From NCBI RefSeq assembly GCF_001194135.2, contig NC_068985.1, positions 31,734,348-31,798,347 of the forward strand: a stretch of DNA of 64,000 nt. Reading direction: 5' to 3'. Under the pieces are notes generated by a model. That model was not told where the DNA came from, searched no databases, and worked only from the letters and a program-made list of their open reading frames with translations. Shown in pieces: positions 12,666 to 24,305 of this stretch. Origin of the DNA: Octopus bimaculoides. Its lineage: Eukaryota. A program made the translations under genes and the position numbers. Position 1 is the stretch's first letter. Every line of letters begins with the position of its first letter.

Positions 12666-13199
12666 ACAAAAAGAATACAGCTTGGATAACGAACAAAGTC
12701 AATGACTATTGAAAACGTTGCAAGACACAATGAAAATTTTAGAAAGAATAAATAAGTAAATGAGTGGGAACTGAACCAGTGAGTATGTGAAATAATAAGG
12801 CATTAAAAGAGGATGACTCTCCCCAGACACAACAAAACAAATTTATAATCTATTATAAAAGAAAAGCTATACTTAACAAAGTGATTACTTTAAGCATCTG
12901 AAAGCCAATGAAAAACAAGCCAAAAGAGTCATATGCTAGATTGACCTACATGTAAGGTGATTGTACACAAAAAGTACTTTGTTGAGAAGATGATTTATTC
13001 ATGTTGTCCTGAGAATCTTTAGATTTTAATGTATTTGAATAAAATATGCAGAACATACATGGTCTGAGCCATAAGTGTCTGGACTGTTGCCATAGTAATG
13101 AAGCTAAAGCACACAGAGTAAAGCTACTTGACAAAGATTGACCTTGAACTCTGCTGTGCATGCACATGCACAATAAGTTTTAACGTTCAAGCTCATTTT

Positions 13200-13320
13200 T
13201 GCTGTTTACAACAGTGCTTGGAAGGAAGGTGTGTAGCATGTGATCATCACACTGACCATGACAAGAAGTAGAGCAGAGAATCTGCATCAAATTTTGCCAA
13301 AAGAGATTGAGTTGACCTCT
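13200..13320 (+). mobile_element. Mariner 5' remnant
   Basis: gagcagagaatctgcatcaaattttgc translates to EQRICIKFC, a typical mariner transposase N-terminus. Confidence 0.5.
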
Positions 13321-14436
13321 CAGATCTTTTTTCAGTTATAGAAGAGTAAGAACAAGTATAGTTTAGAAATCTTATTGTTCTCAGTTGACCTACTTTAATT
13401 AGCAATGTTATAAAACCACAAGCAAATAGCTATCTGTTGCTTTTGATAACCCCATGCCAACCAAGAGCATTCAACCAGTCTCTAGTTAAAGAATAATGTG
13501 CGAGACTAGACTTATCACTCTCTCTAATTATAAAGGCACTATTACCCTTTCCCTCTTTCTAGCAGCACAGAGATGAAGCTAGCTCCTACACAGAATGAAT
13601 CATGGAATCAGAATATATTTTACTGCAACAAACAAATAGTGTGTACACATGCAACTTGCTACAGTTGTATATGGTCATCTTAATAATGGCAACTTTTGTT
13701 TTTTCAACCATTTCTCTGCTGCATTATGATATTAAAACTTCATCATTGTTACAAATCTCTCCCACTGTATTGTACCTTGGGCAAGTGTATTCTGCCATAA
13801 CCTTGGGTTAACCAAAGCCATATAGGAGAAATTTAGTAAATGGAACTTGAGTGGAAGACATTACAGAAGGGCCATTCCTGATCTCAGGGAGTTTATTAAA
13901 TCCATTGATTATTAACAGTATAACATGGTACTAAATGCAAATGACCTTATTGTTAGCGAATAACTTCCTCCCTTCCAACTTCAGCCTTGGAGGCCTTGGA
14001 AAAAGTCATATCTAAGTCATGTAAGGAAAAAAATTAGTATAACTATCAAATGAAAACCAGCATTGAAAAGCAATTGATCATGATAAATGCAACGTATCAA
14101 ATCTTTCCTGTAAGTTAATGCATAATTAGATACCAGTGATACAATATGTAATATAACTATCAAAACTATTTGTTGTATTAACTAATTTATATTACATTGG
14201 TTTTTGAGACTGATATTAAATAATAATTAATGTACATTAATATATTATACATACTGTATTTCCACTACACTTTGAATATCTTTTTATATTGTTTGGATAG
14301 CTGAATTGCTGTCTTTAATATAACTGGAATATATTTCTAATGAATACAACAATCTGCATGCTATCAGCTCAGTCTGTGATATCATTGTCATGCTAATGCC
14401 ATTAGGACATTGCATACCATTTACATGCTTCTAGAG

Positions 14437-16815
14437 TAGGGTTGCTAGATTAGAAAATTAGATATACGGGACACTCTTAAAATCTCTCTGTGTATATATA
14501 AATTTATACATGCCTACACACCCAGAACAGTATATCATAGAAAAGTAGAGACATAAGTTAAAAACATAAAGCAAAAGTTGTGTTTCATATGGAGAACATG
14601 AAAAGAAACAAAACTGATAAACTTATATGCAAAATTTTCTTAACAGACCACACGAGAATTAAACTTGAACCTTTACCTTTAGTTATATTTCACTGATGAT
14701 TTGGCTTTTGTTAACAGGTCCTTGTTTTCTAACACATGCCTATAAAATTCTTTACATTGACACTTAAGGTTTCATGTCCATTGTAAGATGGCTTCTACAG
14801 TAGCCACATCCAACTCATTTCGTTCTTTAGTCTACTGAACATTCATTTTTGAGAAGACACACTCAACATTAGCATTATGCACTGGTATGCTAAATAAGAA
14901 CTGGCACAAAATTAACAACTCTTGGTATTGTTCTTGAAATTCAATCTGCTGAAGGATAGAAAACCATCTTTCATGGCACAGTTTGGTCTTCCATTCATCA
15001 GCAAGGAGTTTTTTAAATGCTGACCACTGACAGAAAAAAATGTTGTCAATTTTTATACCTTTGTTTTTTAACACTGGACAAGATGATTCTACATGTTCCC
15101 ATGCTGGAAATGTATCTAATATGTAAAGTTATCAAAATTTTCAAAACACAAAACCCATTTCTCAAGATAAGTCAATGCAAGTGCTGTAGAAATTTCTTTT
15201 TCTCTTCAGATTTGACATCGTCATTATTAAGGCAATCCTTCACACTGAGAGGAATAAACTTTTCATTAATTCTTTCCTTTATAACTGCAACGAGTTCTTT
15301 TAAACAATCAAGCACTTCAATAATGCTGTTTTCTCTCTATTCTATCTTCATAATCCTGTTTCTAAAGACATATTGAAAACTATGAACAAGATATAAGTAG
15401 GCTTTGCTCAGCAGATTATTGAAGAATTCTACAAGAATTCACAATAAAAAAAATATTTCAGTGATTTAAATAACCTTAGGATTCTCTCAACTGCTCTCTT
15501 CAAAGAAAGTCAATGAGTTTTAGAATGTGAGAGAATTGAGGCATACTGCACACCAACAAACTCACAGAAATCTTCTCAGATTGAACAGTGTAAATACTAA
15601 AGTATGAAAACAATTTAACAATAATTACTTCAACATCAACAGAAAAAATATAAGCTGCAGTATGAGCAGCATTATGCAGAATATGGGCTGGACATTCAAC
15701 ACCTTCCATTGATTCGTTCATGCTTTCCTTGAATTTTGAATAGATATTATTTATGCCTATGCACATATGTCCACCAAAGTTAGTATCCGTGTTATCTCCA
15801 TCAAAATCTATACATTTCTTCACGTCCAGTCCTAACTTGACAAGGCTCTCTCTGCAGAAGCTTGCTATTGTTTCTGAGGTCTCATTTGGGAGGAATCTTG
15901 CAATAACTTTATCAGCAAACCTTTCTCACATGAAAAACATTGCACAGTCAACGGGAAAATTTTCTCACTATTGTAATTACTTGCATCTATAGATATGCCA
16001 TAAAAAGAAGAGTTATTTATATCTTTAACAATCTCTGCAATAGTGTATGGAGCCACAACATTCTTATTATTACAGCACATTTAGTCCTAACACTTGAAAA
16101 TTTGCCTGCAATTTTGGAATAGTAGAACGTTTGTACAGTCATTTGAACTGAATGACTGATGATGATGAACAATATAAAATGCCATTACAACTTCTGCAGC
16201 TATTATTTTACTTTTTTCATCTGTGGTTTTCTTGATCAAGAAGTTTGTTATTTTACCAGCTTCTTTTGAAGTAGAGGCAATGCTACTTTTGTGCTTTGCT
16301 GTTTCTATGTGTTGCTTGATATCAGACTTCCCACCATGTTCAATACTGAAAGTGCAATTACATACACCACAGTTTGCTTCAAAACAGCTTCTGCCTTTGA
16401 CAAATGTCCATTCGATGAAATATTCATCCTGAAATTTACACTTACGTTTTTGGCATCTGGGGATGGATGAATTAGTTTTTAAATTAGAAGAAAAAGTGGA
16501 TCATGGCAAGTAGTAACAACACACTTTGTTGACAGTATCAAGTTGCAAACATGTCAGTTTTGTGTAAACTTCTAGCAACACTAGTTTCCTCGTTACATTT
16601 AGGTTATTTTCGTCAAGAGAATAGGAAAAAAGAAAGCAGTTACTTGTAAAGTTACAACTAAGAACCTTAAGAAGGTAGTAAAAATATATTTTTATTACGA
16701 GATTTGAAAATTAACTAGGACATTTTGGGTATCCCTGAAAGGTCAGTACGGGAATGGGGACAAAATTATCAAATATGGGACATGTCCCGTATATAAGGGA
16801 CGTCTGGCAACCATA
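14437..16815 (-). mobile_element. Full-length hAT DNA transposon with 8-bp TSD; frameshifted transposase
   Basis: TSD TTCTAGAG at 14429-14436 and 16816-16823. TIR TAGGGTTGCTAGA / TATGGTTGCCAGA. Shared subterminal ATATACGGGACA. Transposase about 16456 to 14679 has a BED finger (C..C...HGGKSDIKQHIETAKH), FYGISIDASN and a C-terminal SIPVHNANVECVFSKM dimerization motif. Confidence 0.9.
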
Positions 16816-17120
16816 TTCTAGAGGTATGGACTATTTAAGACGTTCCAATTCGTTGTATGGGACACGTTTGGTCGTGTGCTGCTTGGATGACGTTAGAGAA
16901 TCTCAAACTGCTACAACATATATCCGAAAATTCAAATTTAATTACTGTTGTGGAAGTCTATAATTATTATCATAAATACACCATCTTTAAAATGTCAATC
17001 TAAACTAATAGACTGAATTATTTAAATTGTAAAATGTTAACATAATGTTCTAAACGCGATTGCATGCATTGATGGGAGATAACTAAAGATGGGAGATAAC
17101 CAAGGATAAATACAGTCACA

Positions 17121-17399
17121 AATTTAAAGGGAGTCGACTAAATTATACCCAAATAAGTTACTGATATTTCATATTAGCGACTCTACAACAATAAAAAGGA
17201 AAGTCGATACTAGTGAGAATTGAACTTATAACCTAAAAGGTGCATAACTAAATATGAGAAGTTATTTTTCTGGCCCTCCACGATTTCTACCGTTCACCAG
17301 CCTTGACAGTTTAATATGGAGGGGAGAGCATTAGCTGACAGAAACAATAAGAGTGCTCAACACATTAATTTGAGATATTTAGTGTCGTCCCTTTAAATT
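17121..17399. mobile_element. Possible MITE with imperfect 23-bp TIRs
   Basis: aatttaaagggagtcgactaaat vs reverse complement of atttagtgtcgtccctttaaatt (19/23). Confidence 0.4.
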
Positions 17400-17848
17400 C
17401 TGAACCAATATTGAGAATTTAAGTAAAATTACCACCATGGGAGATCATCAAATATTGTGTTTTATTTGTAATGCTTTTGAAAGGTTTAGTTGTGTACTTA
17501 AAAAGAGTAAGTACAAGTTTGTTTCTGTGATATGTGTAGTGATTGTATATTTGTGCTGCTGAAAGAAACTGTCATCTCATTTGAAGGATGTTTTCAATAT
17601 CTCTAATTAGTTCTGAAAAACAAGCTGTTATTGAATTTCTGAAATTGAATACTATCAACCAACTCTTGACTTAAATGTACCACTTTATAATCATGTTAAA
17701 AAATATCTTTCAGAAAAATAACTGTAGTTACAGGCATAACTGATTACAATGATAGCATTGCAATTGTTATCATAGTGAGTGTAGTCAAAACTATTTTATA
17801 GACATCAGTAAGGAATTCAATCAAAACAAATTAAAACTATTCACTCAC

Positions 17849-17986
17849 CATAGTTGCTGTAATAAATCTCTTCATCTCGTTTTTTCTTCCATTTATTAAA
17901 ATAGGTTGCCAGAAAACTCTTTGCAAATATTAACAGTAAAACAACAACAAGTAAAATCCATCCATATTGCTCTAACAAAAATTTGG
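17849..17986 (-). CDS. SELENOS: SELENOS-like exon 2 (TM helix)
   Basis: 138 nt. Acceptor tttctatatttcag, donor G|GTGAGT. Encodes QYGWILLVVVLLLIF. Confidence 0.75.
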
Positions 17987-20900
17987 CTGAAATATAGAAA
18001 CCAAATATAGCTTTTGATAATATTGGGAGAGAAATATAACCAAGAAAATACTTAAATATAAATTGACATTTGAAATATAAAGTATTAAGTTTTGAATATA
18101 ATTAAAAACTAAAGAAACTTCAATAAATTTTCATACACCATTCAATATAGAACTGAACTGTAGGTGAGAGAAGTGGAGTAAGAGCCCAATCAGAAATACA
18201 GACAAATGAATCATTACAATGTTCCCTGGTGAGATGGTTGTAACAACTAAATTTAATTAATACTTAATATGTAAAAGAATAAACAGTAGCATTCCATTCT
18301 AAATGCTTTATGTGTGTTTAATTACATCTTCTTACATTCCATATACAAATTCTAAGATTGTTGACTTTGCTTTTCACCCCTCTTACTGTGGCTGATTAAA
18401 TTGACTGCAACTCTTCTCCAAAATTTGAGTCTAAAATATATTTTCTTTCAGATTTAGTTGTTTTTTTTTTGTTTTTTTTTTCTTGTCTACTGATACAAGT
18501 GTTTTTACAGTTAAGCACTTTTTGAATTTCTAACCAGTCATCAATCAGTGTGATTAGAGAGATAACTGTTGGTTACACTGTGGCAAGCCTTCTGGAGATC
18601 CTTTTATATTCTGTGTAAAATCATGCTCAAGACCAACTGCTTAAACCTCACTTATGTGAAAAGTTATTGCATCAAGATCAATTAAAATTAATAATTGGGT
18701 AAATCCTATAGATTAATATACAGTGTAAAGAATTCTTCCATCATAAAGCAGATTGTATCACATTGGGAATTACTAAAAGAAAACTATTAATCTTCGTTTT
18801 TCTATCTGGTTTGCAAGATTCTTTATGTGAATTCGTGTGTTGAAACAAATTTTGCTGTGTCTAGGGAGAGTCATTATGCCATTATAATTAACACATACAC
18901 ACTGGTTCAGTTCCACTCTTTTTCTTTATCATTAGTCAATTGATTAAATATCCAACTAACTAATTTGTTTGTCAAAGTTGTTTCATTGCTACTTGCAATC
19001 TTTTCAATGACTCAGCCCATTATAAAGGCTGTGTTTGTCTGTTGGATATTTAACTAATTGACTAATAATAAGAAAAAGAGTGGAATTGAACCAGTGTGTG
19101 TGTATTAATTATATTGGCATAATGACTCTCTCTGGACAAAACTATTAAAGTTTTTCCAAAAGGTAAAAGAAAATATCTTTACTTAAACAACTACAAACAT
19201 ATTAATACAGATATTCTTCATATTGTTCTAAAAAAAAACTTTAAGTTCTTTTCAATATCAATAATGTGTTGTGAAATTCCAACATTTTTAAAAACAAAAA
19301 AACATGTAATAAACACAAAGTGTATCCAATAAATACAATATGTATATACAAAAATAGAAACAAAATGAAGCATTCAAATTATAATATATATTTTCTAATC
19401 AGAGCACAGTGGTACTACATGTAAGAGCAATATTGAATACCAGTCTAATGCCATATATGTAAAGAAATAATGTCACTTTTATGAATTCTTTTTTTAAACT
19501 TTACAGCAGTTACTATCAGATTGGATTTAAAGACTGATACATCACATATAATTCTTTTCATCTTAATACTGTAAGGCAAGTATTTAAATTAGATCAAAAC
19601 AGTGTACAGTATGAAAATCCTAAGGGGAATTTTTTAAAGAATTCTTTCCATAAAGCAAAGAAGTGCTATAACATAAAAATCTATTCAAGCACTGATTATG
19701 ACTAAGAGCTCCATATAAGAAAACAATTAGTATAGACTATGTAAAAGGGTTAAGGTAGACTTGTACTATTCTAAAACATAAATGGATGTAATTATCATTG
19801 ATTATTTAAAACACAGCAGCTACGTTGGGAAAAGTAAAAAAAAAATTTTTTAAACTCTGAATATTTTTCATAAAGATAGGTGCCAGCATGGCTGTGTGTT
19901 TTAGAAGCTCACTTTACAACCGTGTGATGCTGGGTTCAGTCCCACTGCATAGCACCTTGAGCGAGTGTTTTCTACTATAGTCTGGACTGACCATTGCTTT
20001 GTAAGTGAATTTGTTGGATGAAACTGTGTGGAAACCCGCCATTTCTCAACCACATGACAACTAGTGTTGGGTTTTTATGTCTCTGTAACACTTAGCAGTT
20101 CAGCAAAGGGATCCAATAGAATAAGTACCATACTTAAAAAAATTTACTGGGGTCGATTTGTTCAACTTAATTCTTCAAGGTAGTATACCCCAGCACAGTT
20201 GCCGTCCAATGACTGCTAAAAGATAATGCATTTCCCTCCCAGCTAGGATGGTATATGAAGTGTACAAAATAAAATTTACCTTTTTTCCCCATATATAGTA
20301 ACTAGATTTAGTAAACAATCTTTGTCACTTAATTATGGTATATAAAATGTGAATAATGAATATGACAGTGGAGGCGCAATGGCCCAGTGGTTAGGGCAGC
20401 GGACTCGCGGTCATAGGATTGCGGTTTCGATTCACAGACTGAATCGAAACCTAAAGCTCCTCAAGGCTCTTTCACCACAACTTTCTCTCACTCTTACTTC
20501 CTGTTTCTGTTGTGTCACGCTGGGTATACGTTAAGGGTATACGAGGCTGTTCCGTTGATCCCTCGACGTCGTAAGCGACGGAGTGCCAACAACAACAAAT
20601 GAATATGACAAGCCAACATGCAAAGAGGGCAGATGCAGATAAAAAACAGATTCATTTGAATATGTTATTGGAGGTGCTCTTTCAGTTAGTCTGCACTTTG
20701 TTTTTATTTATGTCGCAAATGGTTACGAGCCATATCTGATGGCGAGAGCGACAAGGAAGGAGTGTCGGTGACCCAGACCAGAACAAATATCACGTGGAAC
20801 TTCACTCAAACAATACCCGTTCTACAGTTTTCGTGTTGATGTTTACATCCTTCGCCGACGTACATCGGTGAAAGACATTGCCTCACGACAAGCGTCTGTG

Positions 20901-21766
20901 TCTTTCTGGGTTTTTTTTTTGGGGGGGGGTCTTTTACATTTATGATTACATTTTCCACTATATCTTTTCTTTAAGACTGATGTGTATAATTTGAGGGAGG
21001 TTTGACAGTTATTTCTAATGGGTGTAGTGACTCCTGTAAAATCATAACCTAAAATAAGACGTTGTAAGGAATAACACATCACAAAGTACAGCTAAGATTA
21101 CACAACGGCCTTTCTGATGAACTAAACTAAAATTTAATAAAAATGTTGAAAGCTTCCTATTTTATTTGTGAATGTCCGATGATGAAATATTATAGATTTG
21201 CCTTACTTTCATTTTGTTGGGGAACAAGTGAGCGAAGACAAATAGAGTATTTTAACTATGGACCTGAAATATATTGAGCTTAAAGTTATTTAATTGATAA
21301 AAGAAAAAGAAATTATGAAAAAGTAAACTTAGGCATGTTACTGTTAGTTACTTAGTCCCATGGTAACCCTCACCGAGCAGACAGACGATTAAAGACACTC
21401 CAATCGTGACCATCGTCCTCTTAGATATGTAGGATTTTTGTGTCCATTGTGCCCTTTCCCTTCTTCAGACAGTCGGGTGTAAGTGAATATAATTTGGCTG
21501 TTGTTTTCAGCATATCCTGTGACCGCATAGAAGTTTCCTCGTTGTTTGATGTCGTGTCATAATCACAGTCAACATTGTTTTGAAATTTGTATGATTCCTA
21601 ATAATTCTCACTACAGATACATATATAAAATATTTTTACAAGAAGAATTACAAAAGTAATTGTACTAACCCGCTTCGAAAAAACTCAAAAGAAAAGCTGG
21701 GTCCTTATTGACAATATTTTCCGGTTCTTCTTCTGCGATAACGTTTTCCACGTCCGCTTCTTCCAT
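17849..21766 (-). CDS. SELENOS: Selenoprotein S (SELENOS/VIMP)-like gene, 5' part (exons 21670-21766, 17849-17986); downstream exons not found
   Basis: Spliced peptide MEEADVENVIAEEEPENIVNKDPAFLLSFFEA-AKFLLEQYGWILLVVVLLLIFAKSFLATYFNKWKKKRDEEIYYSNY. It has the acidic N-terminus, the YGW motif before a single TM helix and the basic/acidic coiled-coil start typical of SelS. GT-AG sites and phases (1/1) agree. Confidence 0.7.
18858..19138. mobile_element. MITE with ~98-bp inverted arms
   Basis: Left arm tgtctagggagagtcattatgcc...aaatatccaac (18858-18955) pairs with right arm gttggatattt...ggcataatgactctctctggaca (about 19043-19138). Confidence 0.8.
19878..20220 (+). mobile_element. SINE family A copy
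   Basis: Same head/body/tail as the 2174-2548 copy. Confidence 0.75.
20368..20597 (+). mobile_element. tRNA-derived SINE (family C) with 13-bp TSD and (CAA)n tail
   Basis: A-box TGGCCCAGTGG and B-box-like GGTTTCGATTC. TSD AATGAATATGACA at 20355-20367 and 20598-20610. Confidence 0.85.
21670..21766 (-). CDS. SELENOS: SELENOS-like exon 1 (ATG at 21766)
   Basis: 97 nt, CpG-rich, ends G|GTTAGT (phase 1). Confidence 0.7.
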
Positions 21767-21894
21767 ATTGGATTACCATATGTGAATTACGTGACTTTAG
21801 TGGTTTAAGAGTGACTTCCCCTTACTCAACAAAACGCGGTTATTAATGTTTAAAGTTACAAGATTTGGTAGAGTCGTTGCCCGAAACATTAGCA

Positions 21895-24080
21895 TTTACC
21901 TCATCTGCCACACACGAAAGCAACCTTATCTGATAATCTTACCATGCTTCCACTGCATCTCTTATGCATCCATAGGTTACACTTGGTGCAGCGAATGGAA
22001 TTACATCCCACTCCTTTCCTACATGTTGAACATGGCTATTTGCCAGCCAGAATGAGAGTCTCGCTAACACCAACTTCAGTCTTAGCTAAGTTAACTTTAA
22101 GGCCCTTTAATTCCAGGTTTTGCTTCCAAACCCAGAACTTCTTCTCCACTTCTGCTTCAGATTCTGCAATAAGAGAGCAAGATCATCAGCATATAGTAGT
22201 TTCCATGGGCATCCACTATGAAGATGGCATCTGAGGTACTTCTCCCAAGAACAAAACCAAACTGCATCTCATCTAGTTTAATTCTATTCCTAGTTAGTTG
22301 AGATATAACTCTCTCTGTAATTTTCATGACCTGATCCAGCAGTTTGATACCTCTGTAATTGTTTCTATCTAAGGCATCATCTTTACCCTTGTAGCAGTTG
22401 ACTATAGTACTGCTACACCAGTCTTTGGGGATGATGCCTTCCTGAATAACCTGATTAACTATGCGAGTGACTAGGCTGTATTCCACACTACCTGATATTT
22501 TAATCATCTCAGCAGGGGTTTTCCTAGTCTTTTCTTAATTGCCTTATTTATTATACTACTGTCCACTCTGATGGCTGGTCCCTTAATTGGTTCAATATTT
22601 GAAAGACTTTCCTTCCCCCAATCATTCTCCACATTTAACAACCTTTCATAATGGCATCTCTATGCATCTTTCTTCTCCGAGTCATTATGTGAACAGGTCT
22701 TCCCATACCATCATCCATTCACACACATTTTTCACCTACCACGTCTCTGTTCTCTCTGATACACTGCTTTGCAATCCTGAACACCTCAAACCTCTAATCC
22801 TCACATTACATAACATTGGCAAACTTCTTACCTTCTGCTATTCTTTTTGCTATGTAAACCTGTCACCTAGCCTCCCTTCTAGCTCTCTGATATAATGCTT
22901 TGCTTCCACTGTTTTTCCAGTCTTTCTAGGTCTGTCTCTTTGCTTTTGTAGCACTGTCCACCTCCTTATTCCACCACCAAGTCATCCTTGGCCTTGCTGG
23001 GACTTTACATCAACCACAGATTTGGTCAAGAACGCCCAATAAATTGTCCCACAGTAACTTCCAGTTGTCCTCTAAGCTATATGTCCCCTCCTCCTTCTCC
23101 TCCTCCTCCTCCTCCTCTTGCTCCTTTCTATCCTCAGAAATCTCCAGTAGAATGTCTCTAAATTTTTGTTGGCTTGCTGGGTCTTTAAGCTTCTATAATC
23201 TTTTCCAGCATGGTTTGTCTTTGAGTCTTTCTAGCCCTAATTCTGAAGTCACTAACTAGTAGCCTATGTTGGAGTGTACACTCCCCACCTGGAAAAGATT
23301 TTGCATTTGTGAGCATCTGCCTGTCTCCTTACCTGGTGAGGAGGTAATCAACCTGGCTTTTATTCCCACCAAACTAATAAGTAATTAAGTGGTCAGCTGG
23401 CTTTCTAAAGTTAGTGTTGCAAATCATAAGATCATTTGCATCACAGAACTCAAGTAGCCTTGTACCTTCCTCATTCCTGGTACCAAAGCCACAACCACTA
23501 TGCACACCATGGAATTCACGGGAATGTTACCCAACATGTCAATTAAAGTTGCAGGCCACAATAATGAAGTCTCTGTCGTTTGTGATTGAGGTAGTCTGCA
23601 AAAGGACCTCATATGTTGGTCCTTTAGATCATCAGCCAACCCAGCCTGTGGCGCATAGGCAGAGATAAATGTAATTGTTAATCTATCTATGATAAGTTTC
23701 AACTTAATAACCCTATCACACACTCTGGCTACCTCAATTACCTTACCTATCCACTTTTCCACTAAGAGTATGCCTACACCACCCACTCCATCACTCCTGC
23801 CTACCCAGAAGAATTTAAACCTCTGTTTCTTACCCATGAGGAATCTAGCAAAGGCTCCTTTCCATTTCACTTCTTGCATACTACATACATCGACATGATG
23901 ACACTCTATCATTCCAACAATCTCAACAGATCTCCCCTTCATTGTGCCAATGTTGATGTTTGCAGCCCTAAAATTGTACACTTGGGAAGGACAAGGGGAA
24001 GGTAATCGCTGAGGGGCTTTTGTTTGTGTTTGAAAAGATCTGAGTAAACATTTGCTAGGTAGTTTAGTGTACATCATGAA
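21895..24080 (-). mobile_element. RTE-clade LINE, degenerate (APE endonuclease + RT with internal deletion)
   Basis: APE: NINIGTMKGRSVEI...QEVKWKG...GVGILL...ISAYAPQ. RT: YKGKDDALDRNNYRGIKLL...QFGFVLGRSTSDAIF, then LKVNLAKT and a Cys-rich CSTCRKGVGCNSIRCTKCNLWMHKRC segment. Confidence 0.85.
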
Positions 24081-24084
24081 TTTG

Positions 24085-24305
24085 ATTCAATGAAGTATAA
24101 TTTTTCGCTCCCTCCCATACAGCATCCAGATTAAGGGCCAGCAAAGAGAGGTGGGCAAGAAGGGCATGAAGTAGCCTTATATATATGTATACACACTTTG
24201 CCACAGCATATATTCAATTCAATGAAGTACAATTTCCTCACTCCCATACAGCATTCAGATTAGACCCAGTAAAAAGAGGTGTAAGAAGGGCATGAAAGTA
24301 GTCAT
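24085..24305. repeat. Imperfect ~130-bp tandem duplication at the RTE 5' end
   Basis: attcaatgaagta...ctcccatacagcat.cagatta...gaagggcatgaa occurs twice. Confidence 0.65.

Noticed and set aside
12950-13016. Exon-like segment (DSQDNMNKSSSQQSTFCVQSPY) with a GTAGGT donor on the minus strand
   Set aside because: Weak AAG acceptor without a pyrimidine tract, and no similarity to the expected SelS exon 3.
14340-14430. SECIS-like ATGA motif on the minus strand
   Set aside because: No convincing SECIS stem/AA loop/GA quartet, and no preceding UGA-containing exon.
18144-18249. Open exon-like segment in SELENOS intron 1
   Set aside because: Phase cannot be reconciled with both flanking SelS exons, and no recognisable homology.
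20368-20445. Functional tRNA gene
   Set aside because: The tRNA-like head is part of a TSD-flanked SINE and no full cloverleaf is evident.
21207-21263. 57-nt exon-like segment with good splice sites on the minus strand
   Set aside because: Stop codons in all three frames; at most a poison or non-coding exon, unsupported.
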